Below are positions 29,593 through 42,537 of a stretch of DNA of 64,000 nucleotides, piece by piece (the stretch's first letter is position 1; every line of letters begins with the position of its first letter). Origin of the DNA: Eledone cirrhosa. Its lineage: Eukaryota. Position numbers and translations under genes: made by a program. The stretch spans positions 216,814,001 to 216,878,000 of the forward strand of contig OZ024742.1 of assembly GCA_964016885.1 (NCBI GenBank), in the 5' to 3' direction. The notes under the pieces are model-generated. The model saw nothing but the letters and a program-made list of their open reading frames with translations. It had not been told where the DNA came from and made no database searches.

Positions 29593-29740
29593 GTTGTCTC
29601 ACTTGCGTGTGTGTGTGTGCTTGACCGACCCCATTTCACGCACGCGCGCGCTCTGCTGAATACCTCAGATAGTCAAAACACAAAACAACGAACAGCGGAG
29701 GACGCGTATCGCACCTATCCGACAGATAACCCTCCCCCCC
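29232..29740. repeat. About 115-bp GC-rich inverted repeats flanking a spacer with (GT)n
   Basis: ggggttatctgtcggataggtgcgat...gaaatggggtcggt (29232-29346) versus accgaccccatttcacg...cctatccgacagataaccc (29624-29740). Confidence 0.85.
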
Positions 29741-30089
29741 CCCCCTAAAACCCACAGTTGATGGATGTGAATCCGAAAGATAGGGAAAATTAAATCTCTC
29801 CCAAGGTAACTCTAACTCGTGTTATTATTTTTATTTTTTACACTCTTTCCTACGTTCTTCTACACACTATATATTTCATTCTATATTCAGTTGCATCTCT
29901 CTCTTCACCACCGGATCTTGTTATCCGGAGAATTACCCATCTGCATTGTTGAGGCTTCCAAAACGACCTAAATATATCTTATTATTCCACAATGCTTCAA
30001 GCAAACTTCAATACTCTCATATATATATATATATAATTTAAGAAAGAAGAGTGACATGGTTCGTTATACAATAAGGGCTTTATTCACAT

Positions 30090-30199
30090 TGCTGACATTT
30101 GTTTCTTTGATCTGGTAGGTTTAGAGTTCGCTATCCGCCTGATTATGCGCCAATCAAACTCCAATACTTTGTTTATAACCAGTCGTTTTCATCAGAGCA
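30090..30199 (-). ncRNA. Hammerhead-like motif with long insert in stem II
   Basis: tgct CTGATGA ...about 85 nt... GAAAC aaat GTC agca. Stem I pairs; the base of stem II is not clearly paired. Confidence 0.55.
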
Positions 30200-30778
30200 C
30201 GCGAAATGAAGAAGATACACAAGGCATGGCTTTTATATAGGTGTGGTATTACACCAGAACAATAATATCAATAATAAAATAAAATAACTAGATAGCAAAT
30301 AGTTAAAATAATAACATCAATATAAGTGAGAGATAGAGTATAATGAAGAATCTAGCATGTTAAACAAACTGATATGATACAGATGTATGGAATTGACATG
30401 TTAAAACTGCTATAGGGTACATTAGATATAGTGTTGAGGTGGCGACGAGATAGCAGTAACCACTAAAATGTACTTGGAGACAGGATTTATGAGGTATCTA
30501 CTATGCTGTAGGTAGTCTGGCAATAAATCGGAGATTTACTTATTATTTGACAAATAAACATTTTCGTTTTATTAATTTAGTGAGGATGGAGTTGTAGATT
30601 CGTTATTTAAGTGGCCTATACTAAAGGTAGGGATTGTTAGTTCGAATCATGGGGGTTTAGTTTTCACAGCATCAATAACAAATCATGTATAAATAAGACA
30701 GTATATATATATATTATAGTATAGTCAAATTATCTTCAACCCGACTTCGTTGCTCCCACTAGTAGTAGTATATATATA

Positions 30779-30845
<67 letters not shown>

Positions 30846-31025
30846 GAATATGTGTTCCTACACGCACAAGGCGCTAAGGGACACATGTATTGTCCAACCA
30901 TATGCCAATGTGATTCAATGGCAGGTTAATAAATTAACGAGCCAGAACATATATAATCAAGGTTTAGCAAATAAGAAAAAGTTTCAAAATAAATTTTAAA
31001 AAATTAACTTTACTTACTATGGTTA

Positions 31026-31107
31026 CCTTTACCGATTCGGTTTCGATTCTCAAAAATAAACGGAGTCCATACGGCCTTCGTTGCAAAGAAAGAATCTCGT
31101 CAGAAGG
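31026..31107 (-). ncRNA. Hammerhead ribozyme motif (all three stems formed)
   Basis: cctt CTGACGA gattct...agaatc GAA ACCG aat CGGT A aagg, with a GUA cleavage triplet. Confidence 0.82.
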
Positions 31108-31408
31108 ATCTTTTCATTCGAAGAATATAAATTCTCGAATTCAAATTATGAACTGGCGCTATTCAAAATTGTTCCCGAGATGAGAGTAAATGAAGTGGAA
31201 TCAATTTTTTCGTGGTTACTGCCTCTTTCTACTTAGAAAATAAATTTCTACACTCTACGCACCAGTATTGAGCCCTCATTCGGTTATTATTTGGATGTTT
31301 TAAATACTACGGTATCACACACACACACATGTGCGCGCGCACTCACACACACACACACACACATATATATATTAAAAAATAGAGGTGTGACACACGAGTT
31401 GTGATATA

Positions 31409-32970
31409 TTAGTAAAAAGGAAAAGAAAATGCTGACAAATTTTTCCCAGTGAAAATAGTTTAATTAGGAATAAGTATAAATTAGTAATACGTATTAGTTA
31501 GTATTCAGTTTTAGTTTTAAGTCTTTACCGGTTGCGCATTTCTCATGCTTTTCAAAAATAATTTTGAGTGCTCGTGATTTTTGATCTAATCTGATTAGTT
31601 TTGGAAATTTTAGTGGCTTGGGAGGTATTAAGATTTCGTTGGTTGTTGAATGTCACGTGAATAAGCATTATAAATCTCGTGCCAATTCGTGTTGCAAAAA
31701 TTCTTGTAGTCAAAACAATTTTGATTGGTCGGTAGAAGTCACGTGAATGTTTAAATTGATTTTAGCGCGAACTGGTTTCGCACCAAATGTAGGTTTGTCG
31801 AAGAGTGTCCTTTTCTGCTTGATTGAGTTGCAGTCATGTTGAGAGGTCAACAGTTCAGGTGTCTATAAAGACAAATATGTATGTGTGTGTGTGTGTGTGT
31901 GTGTGTCTGTGTGTGTGTGTGTGTGTGTAGCAAAGTGGTTCATTGTTGTGATAATGGAAATGAATCGGTCAGTAGGAATGTGTGTGTACGTGTGTGTGGG
32001 GGTGTGAGTGGGGGGGGGGGTTATTTTAACATGTTGAAACATATTTTTTCAGCTCTTGTCTTATACGGAGAAGTGTGTGTGTGTGTGTTTGTGTGTTTGC
32101 GTGTGTGTGTCTGTCTGTCTGTGTACGCGTGTGCATGCGTGTGTGTGTGTGTCTGTGTGTTTGTGTGTGTGGATGGACCAGTATTTTTGTGGTGCTGGTA
32201 AAAATGGCGTACATTATTCGATATTTTCAGTCATTTGCAAAGACGATTCTCTCAAAAGAACATCAATAATAAAAGAGGTGAAATGATGTATAGTATTGTT
32301 ATAACAACAAGGCGTGTGTGAGTCCAGATTGTACGTACTGCAAGGGGAATCCATTAGGCCCTGCCGTATGGGATACTTGTTTACAAATATGTATGCACCC
32401 ATCAATGTGCAATACATGTGTGCGTATGTGTATGTGTGCGTGTCGGCACGTGTATATCTATAAACATCAAAAGGTATGCGAATTTGTGTATATTTGTGTT
32501 GCATCATAGAACATGTGTGTTTACGTATGTCATTGTGTTTATATGTGGATAGAAATGTATGTAGGTTGTATGTTGATGTAGATATGTTTGTCAACGTGTG
32601 TATGTTGTGGGTTCGTCTTAGGAATAAGTGTTTAGACGGGGTCCGTATTTGTTAATAAAGTGAGATTCCTTGCTGATGCGCTGGGTGCTTATTCACGTGA
32701 CATTCAACAACCAACCAAATCTTAATACCTCCCAGGCCACTTTTTTCACATAAAACAGGAAGAATTTCCAAAACTGATCAGATTAGAGCAAAAATCACGA
32801 GCACTCTATCTCAAAATTATTTTTTAAAAGTATAAGAAATGCGCAACCGCTAAAAACTTAAAACTAAAACTGAATACTAACTAATACTCATTACTAATTT
32901 ATACTTATTCCTAATTAAACTATTTTTCACTGGGAAAAATTTGTCGGGATTTTCTTTTCCTTTTTACTAA
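31409..32970. mobile_element. PLE-type remnant bounded by about 260-bp inverted repeats
   Basis: 31409-31667 is the reverse complement of 32686-32970, with small indels. Contains a degenerate HHR. TA-rich flanks. Confidence 0.75.
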
Positions 32971-33049
32971 AATATATATATATATATATATATATTGTAG
33001 TAGTAATAGTAACAATGGAATCCGCTATATGGCTCTACGTCATCAGTTT

Positions 33050-34910
33050 TCAAAATTCATAGCTGAAGGTTCTGGTTCGAAAAGCTGAGGATCCATCATG
33101 GAGGAATTACTGAGCACCTGAATAAGATCTTGAATGGAGAAAAGAGGTTGTCAGAATGGCTAACCATTGAAAGGATGAACTTGTGTTTGAAGGACCCTAG
33201 CAATGTAAATGCGGTTGACAACTTTAGACCTTTCTCTTATCTCCCCCTTATGTGGATACTTATGACGGATGTCATTGCTGAAACAATGCATGAAAACATG
33301 GAGGAGACACTACATGCAGAGCAGAAGGGATGTAAGAGAAGAAGTATCGTTACTAAGGATTAATTGTTGTTTGATAAGGTGACACAAATATTGCCATGGC
33401 CTGGATTGATTACCGCAAGGCTTATGAAATGGTGCCACATAGTTGGATAGTAGAATGTTTGGAAATATTTGGTATATCAACTAATGTTAGACAGTTTCTT
33501 GTGAGCAGTATGGGTGTTTGAGGATTGAGCTAACATCATGTAGACAAATATTGGGAATTGTGAAGATGAAGAGAGGAATATTTCAGGTAGACAGTCTTTT
33601 ACCTTTACTGTTTGTACTGCGTATAGTTCCACTTTCATTGGTGTTGAGAAGGTCAAAGATTAGTTACGAGTGGGTAGGACGTGAGTTTAAGATAAACCAC
33701 CACTACATCCTATGAACATATTCCCTTGTACAGGCAGTTCATACATTCAGTACGGACATGCGAATAGAATTTGGCATTAAGAAGTGTGGCGTGCTACAAC
33801 AGAAGCGAGGCAAATTTGATAAGATGGAAGGAATTGAATTACCAGATGGACAAGTTATGAAGGAAATTGATGACATTGGGTATAAGTACTTAGGCATCCT
33901 GGAAACAAACCAAATGAAAGAGAAGGAAATTAAATAACTATTATCAAAGGAATATAAACAGTGACTGATGTTGGTGTTAAAGACTAAGTTAAGTGGTAGG
34001 AGTAAGATACTGGCTATCAATACATGGGCTGATATAGGTATAGCACTGGTATGATAGAGGGGAGATGTGGTGAACTTAAGGATTATCATAGAAAGACCAG
34101 GAAAATGATAACACTACAAGGGGCTCTACACCCCAAAAGTGATGTGGACAGGTTGTATCTATCACGACAGAGAGGAGGAAGAGGTCTCATTAGCTGTAAA
34201 ATGTGTCTGAAGTCGGAGTAAATTAATCTGGTATGGTATGTAAAGAATTAAAAGGAGAGTTTGATGGCAGGAGTAAGAAAGATAAAGGTCCTAAACAGTG
34301 ATGAAGCAAAGGAAAAGGGAAAAATTAAACAAGATAGACAGAATGAGACATTGAGATGGAAGAAAACAATTGTATGGTCAATTTGTACGTGAAATGCCTG
34401 AGACAGTCGACAAAGATAGGACCCTGGAGTGGACTAGGAAAAGTGACTTAAAAGTTGAAACTGAGGCTCTTATTTTTGTGGCCCAGTAACAGGTACTGAG
34501 AACGAACTGTATCAAGTTCAATATTGACAAGTCAGTGAATTCCCCACATTGTAGGCTGTGTGGTGAGAAATGTGGGACAATAAACCACTTTATTAGTAAA
34601 TGTAAGATGCTTACTCAGAAAGAATACAAGAGAAGACATAACAACATTGCCAGATTGGTTCAGTGGAATATATGTTATAAGTATGACATGAGCAGAAGTG
34701 AGAAATGGTATCAACCGGAAAGGGTTGCTGAAATGAACCATCCAATGCAACCATTCTATCGTGTCTAGAAGCCTGACATTGTTATCATAGAAAAGAAGAA
34801 TAAGGCATGTATTGTGGATATTGCTTCACCGTGGGACCACAGGGTGAATGAGAAAGAAATTGAGAAAGTTGAAAAATACCAAGAACTGAAGAGAGAATCA
34901 GGACTAATAG
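33050..34910 (+). mobile_element. Decayed R4/Dong-clade RLE LINE (RT, CCHC, restriction-like endonuclease)
   Basis: '[12 protein letters not shown]', 'EQKGCKR', 'AWIDYRKAYEMVPHSWI', 'RGIFQVDSLLPLLFV', 'YKYLGILE', 'CRLCGEKCGTINHFISKC', 'PDI...DIASP...EKVEKY'. Confidence 0.88.
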
Positions 34911-35550
34911 TTTTAATACAGGAACTAGTACAAAGTTTCTTAGACAAAAGTACAAAAATCATGAGATATGAGAGGAGAGTTGACCAATACAGACAAAACC
35001 GTTTGTTCGACAACAACCAAAATATGTTATTTGAATAACTAGAAGCCAAAGAAAGAGGCATCAATGCTATTCCTGAAGCTGAACAGACCAACTCATTTCG
35101 GAGAACTATTTGGGAGCAGCATACCGAGCATAATATTTGGGTAGAGTGGATTGAGACTGTTAAAAAGAAGATTAATGAAGAAGCACATCACCAACTGATT
35201 TGAGCTTCTCGGTCGACACCTTTAAAAGGCAGGCCAATAAATTAACCAATTGGAATTCATAAGGCCCGGATGGTGGGCAGGGATATTGAACTAGAAATAT
35301 AACGTCTCTTCACCCGATACTGACAGTCATATTCAATGACTGATTGATGTTGGATGAAGTACCACGGTGGTTGACAAACGGTAGGACGGTTCTAATAATG
35401 AAAGACAAAGCCAAGAGAAATTACGTTACCAACTGTAAGTCAATCAGATGTCTGTCTTTGATGTGGAAATTGCTAACAAGCATTATGTCTGAGGAAATCT
35501 ACCACGACCTCGACATAAACAGCTTATTGCCGGAAGAATGGAATGAATGA
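34910..35550 (+). mobile_element. Second R4/Dong fragment (region upstream of and entering the RT)
   Basis: 'RYERRVDQYRQNRLF', 'NWNS*GPDG', 'PRWLTNGRTVLIMKD', 'IRCLSLMWKLLT'. Confidence 0.78.
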
Positions 35551-35984
35551 TTATACACATAAATATGCACCGTTAACAATACTGCACCTACATCTATATA
35601 GACTAAGCGCAAAATCTGTATACATACGGATATATATATATACACACATTTTCGGCTAGAAAAATCCATATGGTTACACACAGAACGTATATGTACATAC
35701 AAATATATACATACAGAAACAATATTGACACTTTCAAAAGTATAACTATAAAATGTATAAGTATGTGTGTGAGAGAGTGTGTGTGTGTATATATGTGTGT
35801 GTGTGTGGTTGTGTGTGTGTGTTTGTTCGGATGTGAGGGAGGTGCGTTTGTGTATATAATATGTATATTGGTAGTCACGTGAGTTGTTTCCCCTTTACAA
35901 AAAAAACACCAAATGTATCAACACATTACCTCCCTTACATCAGACGAGATCTCATATATGAAATAACGTTCAGCCATGTTGATT

Positions 35985-36061
35985 TTGCCCGATGATAACT
36001 AATCTAGCACATATAGAATATCTGTCCTATGATGGTTGAAGTTTGAAACCTTAGGTAGCAA
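35985..36061 (+). ncRNA. Hammerhead-like motif with core mutation (CCGAUGA)
   Basis: ttgc CCGATGA taact...agttt GAAAC cttag GTA gcaa. U4-to-C change in the core. Confidence 0.5.
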
Positions 36062-36169
36062 GCATTTGTGTTGAGATCCTATTCATATATATATGTGTGT
36101 GTGTGTGTGTGTTTTGCAAGGTTTTTTATATGAAATCGTGTGTTGAAACAAATATTGTTATATTTGGAG

Positions 36170-36470
36170 AGAGTCATATTGTTATAATATTGCCAGAAAT
36201 AATAACAGAACACACTCACTGTTTGGTTTGGGTTGGTTTTCGCTTCTCTATCTTTTATATCTCCATAGTTAATTTATCTGGCAATCAATGTTTATCATTG
36301 ATAGACTATATATATATATATGTATTTTTAACCGTTGGTCAATCAATGATAAACATTGATTACCAGATGAATTAACTATGGAGATATAAAATATACAGAA
36401 ACGAAAACCAACCCAAACCAAACAATGAGTGTGTTTCTGTTATTATTTCTGGCAATGTTATAATATGAAC
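36170..36470. repeat. About 300-bp fold-back palindrome
   Basis: ttataatattgccagaaataataacagaa...atcattgatagac versus gtcaatcaatgataaacattg...tctggcaatgttataa. Confidence 0.85.
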
Positions 36471-36499
36471 CTCCCCAAATATAAGAATATATATACACA

Positions 36500-36568
<69 letters not shown>

Positions 36569-36571
36569 AAA

Positions 36572-37186
36572 TCTAAACAGGCATAACAGAGCTGCACAAT
36601 ACATACATTTGACCTGCCCCATCAAAAGAATTGGTGGGAGCATCAACCACCTCCCATACTTGAAAAAGATCACATCTCAATCTTGTGGAACTTTAGCATC
36701 CAAACAGACCGAAAAATAGATGCAAATAGACCTGATATAATACTGAAGGACTTTAAAAAGAGGGTATGCCTGCTAATTGATATGTCCGTTCCAATAGACA
36801 AGAATGTATCTATAAAAACATTTGAAAAATTGAGCAAGTATAAGGACCTGGAGATAGAAATTGGAAAAATGTGGAAATTGAGAACTAAAACAATACCAGT
36901 GGTTGTAGGCGCTCTAGGAATGATACCTAAGGGGTCTAATGATTACTTATCGCAAATCCCAGGAAACCCGCGTATAGGAGAAATACAAAAGATAGTACTA
37001 ATGGGAACTGCCCATATACTAAGGAAGATTCTGTCAATATAAGTACATCACAAGTCTAAACACCTAAAGATGCATGTGTGAGTATGTATGTTCTTTCTTG
37101 AACATGGCGGACCTTGTTGTCTCTTGAGGTCACTGGTTGTGACTTGGTGATAACTCGTATGAACATAAAGCAAGATAAATGCAACT

Positions 37187-37188
<2 letters not shown>
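36572..37188 (+). mobile_element. 5'-truncated R4/Dong RLE LINE inserted in (TAA)n
   Basis: ORF 36683..37042 'NRPDIILKD...LIDMSVP...EKLSKYKDLE...IPVVVGALG...QKIVLMGTAHILRK'. (TAA)n on both sides (about 36500-36570 and 37188-37220). Confidence 0.9.
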
Positions 37189-37221
<33 letters not shown>

Positions 37222-37512
37222 GGGACGAAGAGTTAGATCTTCATTACGTTTATTGATCTGTATCGATCTGGCACGACTCTGGAATCAAAAGCTCTTAAAC
37301 TTTCCAGATTCGGGCCAGATCGAACCTTGAGCTGTTCGATCGCGAAACGCGTGTCACACCTCGATAAACCTAATGAAAATCTAACACTTCGTCCTTTTTA
37401 TTATAATTAGTATTACACTCTGCTTAGTACAACACCATTATACCTATTGGAATTTACGAATCGAGTGTTTATTCTGGTGAACCTACACCAACTGGACGTT
37501 ACAATCCCTAAA
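37222..37512 (+). mobile_element. PLE terminal-repeat remnant (related to 52390-52630)
   Basis: Shared cagatcgaaccttgagctg, cgaaacgcg.gtcac, taatgaa, tattacactctg, tcgagtg, ggtgaacct and gttaca blocks. Confidence 0.7.
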
Positions 37513-37538
37513 TAAATATATATATATATATATATTTG

Positions 37539-37614
<76 letters not shown>

Positions 37615-37649
37615 TATGGTTCCAGTAGCAGAGCATTTTCATTTCAAAT

Positions 37650-38535
37650 TTTAAGAAAATTAAGGATACTATATTATTATTCATTTATACATCTCTACGG
37701 ACGTTTCAACGCAGCTAGTATATCGCAATTATTTGTGGAGAGAACTGGATATTACCAGTTAATTATTCACTCCATTATGGGTGCTTTATTCTGACCGTAT
37801 CTTAGGAAATATCTTCAGGAAATATATATAATAAAATAACAATAAATTAATTAATATCATAGGACAAGTTATCAAGAACAATATAGGACTCAAAGCAAGG
37901 TGCATTTATCCATGCAATTAACATTTCAAGTGTAACAGCATAAGCTTGCATATGTTTTCAGACTTGCAAGATTATAAATTTATCAGTGTTTTTCAGAAAG
38001 CATGTTAAAATATTTTAAAGCTATGAATTGGTTAAAGCAGGGTTTGTTAAAAAGAATTTTCTAGATTTAGAGCAATACATTCAGTTATTTATAATCGAAG
38101 GATTTGAAAATATTTAGGTTTTTCGTTAGTCAAAAGTCCCATGTAAGTACAGAAGAAAATTATATGTTAAGACTATTTTCACACATATATATTTTTAAAA
38201 ATATATGTATATAGTTACCTATTATTTCTCTAATCAGTTTCTAGAGTAAAAATAATTTTATACGACTGATACATTTCAAATGAAGTATTTTTGTAAGTAT
38301 TTCAAAATATATCGTTATTGACCGGTGACAGTTTATTTAAGGTTCCATATCTAAATATCTTTACAGTTTGTGTCCAGTATCTTCATAAACGTCCATTTAT
38401 TGTTTCATACGTAGTAAATAATTAATTGGTAATATCCAGTTCTCCCCACAAATAAATGCGATATTCTAGCCGCAGAGTAACGTCCGTAGAGATGTATAAA
38501 TAGATAATAATATACTATCATTTATTTACTTTAAA
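37650..38535. mobile_element. PLE-type remnant with about 115-bp inverted repeats and HHR-like motif (37691-37823, minus)
   Basis: tttatacatctctacggacgtt...ggatattacca is inverted at about 38420-38535. Minus strand reads atttc CTGAAGA...GAAAC gtcc GTA gagat. Confidence 0.65.
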
Positions 38536-39073
38536 TATATAAATATATATATATATATAAAGAGAGGGGGGAGTATTGATATATATATATATATATACAA
38601 ACTTAAGAAAAATAACAAAAAGAGGACAAGACAACGAGCGAAAACAATTTTTTAATGGTAAACCTTAAAAAATTATTTTTTTAAAATAAAAATACAAACG
38701 AAGGACACGGAGCTCCAGAGTCATCGGCCATTGATGTGGACTTTGGCAGTTTCGACCCCAACCAACGGTACTGCTGGCCCACTCGAGATCACAGTTAATT
38801 TGTAGCAATCAAGCCACAAGTACACACAGCATTATAGGTGATGTCAGGGGGAAATGTGGTCTCACTTATAGCACGAGAGTCATGAATGAAACAAAAACAA
38901 AAAGAAAAAAGAAAGGAAAAATAAAAGAAAGAAGACGGAAGTAAGATATCGTGTTAAAAATGTGTAAGTCATTGCAATAAATGGGGTAGAATGGATAGCA
39001 CATTTGTCACATTGGTATTGATAAACTTTAAAATTCTATGTGTACTTGTTGTAGCTTAATTGCTATAAATTAA

Positions 39074-39176
39074 TTGTTTCTACTTTAGGCACAAGGCCAG
39101 CAATTACCCAGTGCATTACTGGTACTTTATTTTATCGACCCCGTAAGGATGAAAGGCAAAGTCAACCTCGGCGGGA
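39074..39176 (-). mobile_element. SINE family A 3' part, next to a 30-bp hairpin (39174-39241)
   Basis: Core and tail on the minus strand. aattgctataaattaat occurs on both sides. Confidence 0.75.
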
Positions 39177-41271
39177 GTAAGAGACGAAAGACAAAACATT
39201 AATTGCTATAAATTAATGTTTTGTCTTTCGTCTCTTACTCCACTGGACAGCGTTTGGCTTGTGTCAGACGTTGTAACCACAGGTGTACTAGTAGTACCTT
39301 TTCTAGGAGTCGAAACTGCTAAAGTGTGTGTGTTGTGTGTGTATTGCGTTGTAACAAAAGTGTTAATGTGACGAACGTCTTATCCCTTATACCGCATTTA
39401 TTTCAATAGAATACGGGGGTGATTGCATGAGTAATTATTTGTTATTTTTGAATGAGTGACCTAAATGACCTGGGTGTCAATTCTGTCATTTATAAATATA
39501 ATTATTTATTTCAAAGTTAGTTATATTTAATGTGTATGAGCTATTTTAATAATACACCAAACCACGTACTAACAATGTACCTTAACATAAAATATTTTAC
39601 GTTCTCTTGTTTCAATCTAGCCTCAGCGTATTTGATGCCAGAAGTAAAATGTCGAACAAATATCCATACAATCTATAGTTATGTCCCTTTATTTCATAAG
39701 TTCGCTGTCATCTTTGCATAGTTTAACTCAATTAGTGAGAACTATCTAATTAACTGTAGCTACCCTCAAAATATGTGGCCGTTTTCTAACCGTAAAACAC
39801 ATAATTTCAAGTTTGTGTTGGAAAGCAGAATCTGCAAATGGCGTTAGCTGGAGAGATTTTCGTAGTACTGGGATATTTTTAAACACGCTGACGCGTATGT
39901 GTATATGTGTGTGCGTGTCTATATGTGCATATGCATACATTTATATGTATGAGTATATAAATATAAACACGCAAACACAGACACACTTACAAAAATACAC
40001 ACTCACAGACATACATTCACACAAATACACATACATTCACGCAAACATACATTCACACAAAAAGACACACACATACATTTACACAAACAGACACATACAC
40101 TCACACACAGTGTAGCAAATGAAACGCCAGTCACCGGTTTGCTATAGTAATATTATTTTGGACACCCATAGTAAGATTCAAACATAATAGTAAATAATGC
40201 CCGTATATTACATTTCATTTTAAATTGCACTCTATTAATGTATATTCCAACTATTTCTTAGTAATCCTAAATGGTGGAGTTACTAATATCAGTAAGAACA
40301 TATCCAATCATCTGATAAAGAATCCTTTAAACATGTGCTTATTATTATAATGATGAATTACAAAGAAGTGACTTCAAACAGTATAAATTACACACAGAAC
40401 TCAAGTATACTTTATATGTTTGTTGAACGTGGTAATTCTAAAAATTCGAATTTGCATATTAATACACAACCCCAAATTTGTAGATATGGGTATAATTGAT
40501 GGTATCAAATCAATATATATGTGGTATTTATGTTACAGATTACCAGATAAATGACGAACAAAGTTGGATTTTATAACTATTTCAGATGTTTTTGTAACGA
40601 TTTAGAGTGCTCTAATATGATTTAAAAGTTTCCAACAAAATTCGTATTTAGAATTTATAACAATACAAATCCATTTAAAAGTGTTCAATATATATATTTC
40701 TCTTAGAAATACATTGAAAGACATATAAATAGCTATGGATCCTCTAGTTGTGTGATTCTCAACATTTTTTATGAAAACCAACCTAAAATACTTTGATATA
40801 TATTACTGAACTTCAACATTTACCCTGAGTTAATAAAGGTGAGATTCGCTTCAAATACGAAATATCTAGCATGTGCATCCCATAGTAATAAAAGTCAATG
40901 ACTACAAATAATGATTGAGAAATTTGAGTAAAGTACCGCTGGAGATGGACAAACCTAGCCAGAGGCTACTGCGAGAATTCGAACCGACATTTTTCAGATG
41001 ATGAGCAAGCGTGCTAAACACGTTCAAGCGTGCACATTACAAATTTCAAATTTTCTAAACACTTCTTCTAGTAGAGATAATCTAGAAGCCATGAGAAGAT
41101 GGACAATTATTTGGAACAAACGAGAGGGCGTTACAGTTAAGGTTCGAAACAGCCGGTGAACGTTGGACACCGTCTGATGACATCAACGTTTCCTGGCTAG
41201 GCTCATGTTCACTGAAAATGAGTGAATGTAAGGGATCTTCATTAAGATGTAATGATATAATTATGTCTCTG

Positions 41272-41325
<54 letters not shown>

Positions 41326-41326
41326 T

Positions 41327-41377
41327 CTGAAGAGATTATGGCAGTGGTACTACACTGTCATCATCGATATATGTATC
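41327..41377 (+). ncRNA. Hammerhead-like motif with core mutation (GAUA instead of GAAA)
   Basis: CTGAAGA gattatggcagtg-gtacta-cactgtcatcatc GATA tatgta TC. Stem I is lost. Confidence 0.45.
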
Positions 41378-41420
41378 CCGGCCTTATCAATAAAGGACTT
41401 TATCATCTAAACTTTGTATA

Positions 41421-41481
<61 letters not shown>

Positions 41482-41489
<8 letters not shown>

Positions 41490-41807
41490 ATACTTTGGGA
41501 GGGTCATGTTGCCAGTAAAAACACACGCACCTGTTGGTTTTTACTTCAATTTATTATAAATTTCCGGTTGATTGGTTGGTTGGTTGCTTGGTTGGTTAGT
41601 TCAATAACCGGAAAGGTTGTTTATACATTGTCAAAGCTCTTTCGTCATACATTCTGTGACCTCCTCAGTGACTAGGTTATTATTTTTTGTCTCTCTTTTG
41701 TTCTGTCCTACACCATTTTGTTTTTGTGTTTATAATAAATTGAAGTGAAAACCAACAGGTGCGTGTGTTTTTATTGGCGGCATGACCCTCCCAAAGTATA
41801 ACAATAT
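41482..41807. mobile_element. PLE-type remnant with about 78-bp inverted repeats in (TA)n
   Basis: atattgttatactttgggagggtcatg...ttattataaa versus tttataataaattgaag...ccaaagtataacaatat. Confidence 0.8.
41630..41672 (-). ncRNA. Hammerhead ribozyme motif (minimal)
   Basis: gtca CTGAGGA g gtca-cagaatgta-tgac GAAA gagc TT tgac. One extra nucleotide after A9. Confidence 0.65.
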
Positions 41808-42384
41808 CTGTTTCAATACACGTTTTCAGATAAGAAATCTCGCAAAACAAATTAAAAAATGAATTATATATATATATATATATATATATATTACATGTGT
41901 GTGTATGCGTGCATGTTTCAAGATATAATTGTTGCTAATAATTCCGTTTAGAAATGAATCAATGAATCAGACCAACTTTAGTGTAGTAAAATAATAAAGT
42001 AGAGAGTATAATTCTGACATGACATAGTTCTGCTTCCTTCCTAAATACTCTCTCGTGTATTATTTAGGAAGGAAACAGAACTTGTTCTGCGTGAGTCTTT
42101 TATTATTCAATGTATATGTTTATGCGTGAGAGAGAAGGGTCTTGGATCTTTCCGATTATCTGAGCTATTTTGAATAGCGCAAGTAGTATTATATATTTGT
42201 TATATTTCACATTCTTCATATCTCTACTCACGGGGCAGAAAGAAAAGCAAATTATTCTCTAGCCTTCAAAACGAAGAACAACATAAAAAAACGCCTTACT
42301 AAACTAAAGATATTTTTCACTTTTTATAACATATGAATAATATATTTATAGATATATATGTATATATATGTATATATATGTATA

Positions 42385-42537
42385 CATGCATACATACATA
42401 CATGCATACATACATACATGCATACGCACACATTCATACATACAATCAATCATACATACATTCATACATACATACATACATACATACATACATACATACA
42501 TACATACATACATACATACATACATACATACATACAT
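42385..42537. repeat. (TACA)n microsatellite
   Basis: Direct reading. Confidence 0.95.

Noticed and set aside
41145-41235. Plus-strand CTGATGA at about 41174 as an intact hammerhead
   Set aside because: I could not build stems I-III around a correctly placed GAAA. The same applies to CTGATGA at about 9177, 9370, 9619, 11616, 45939 and 60141.
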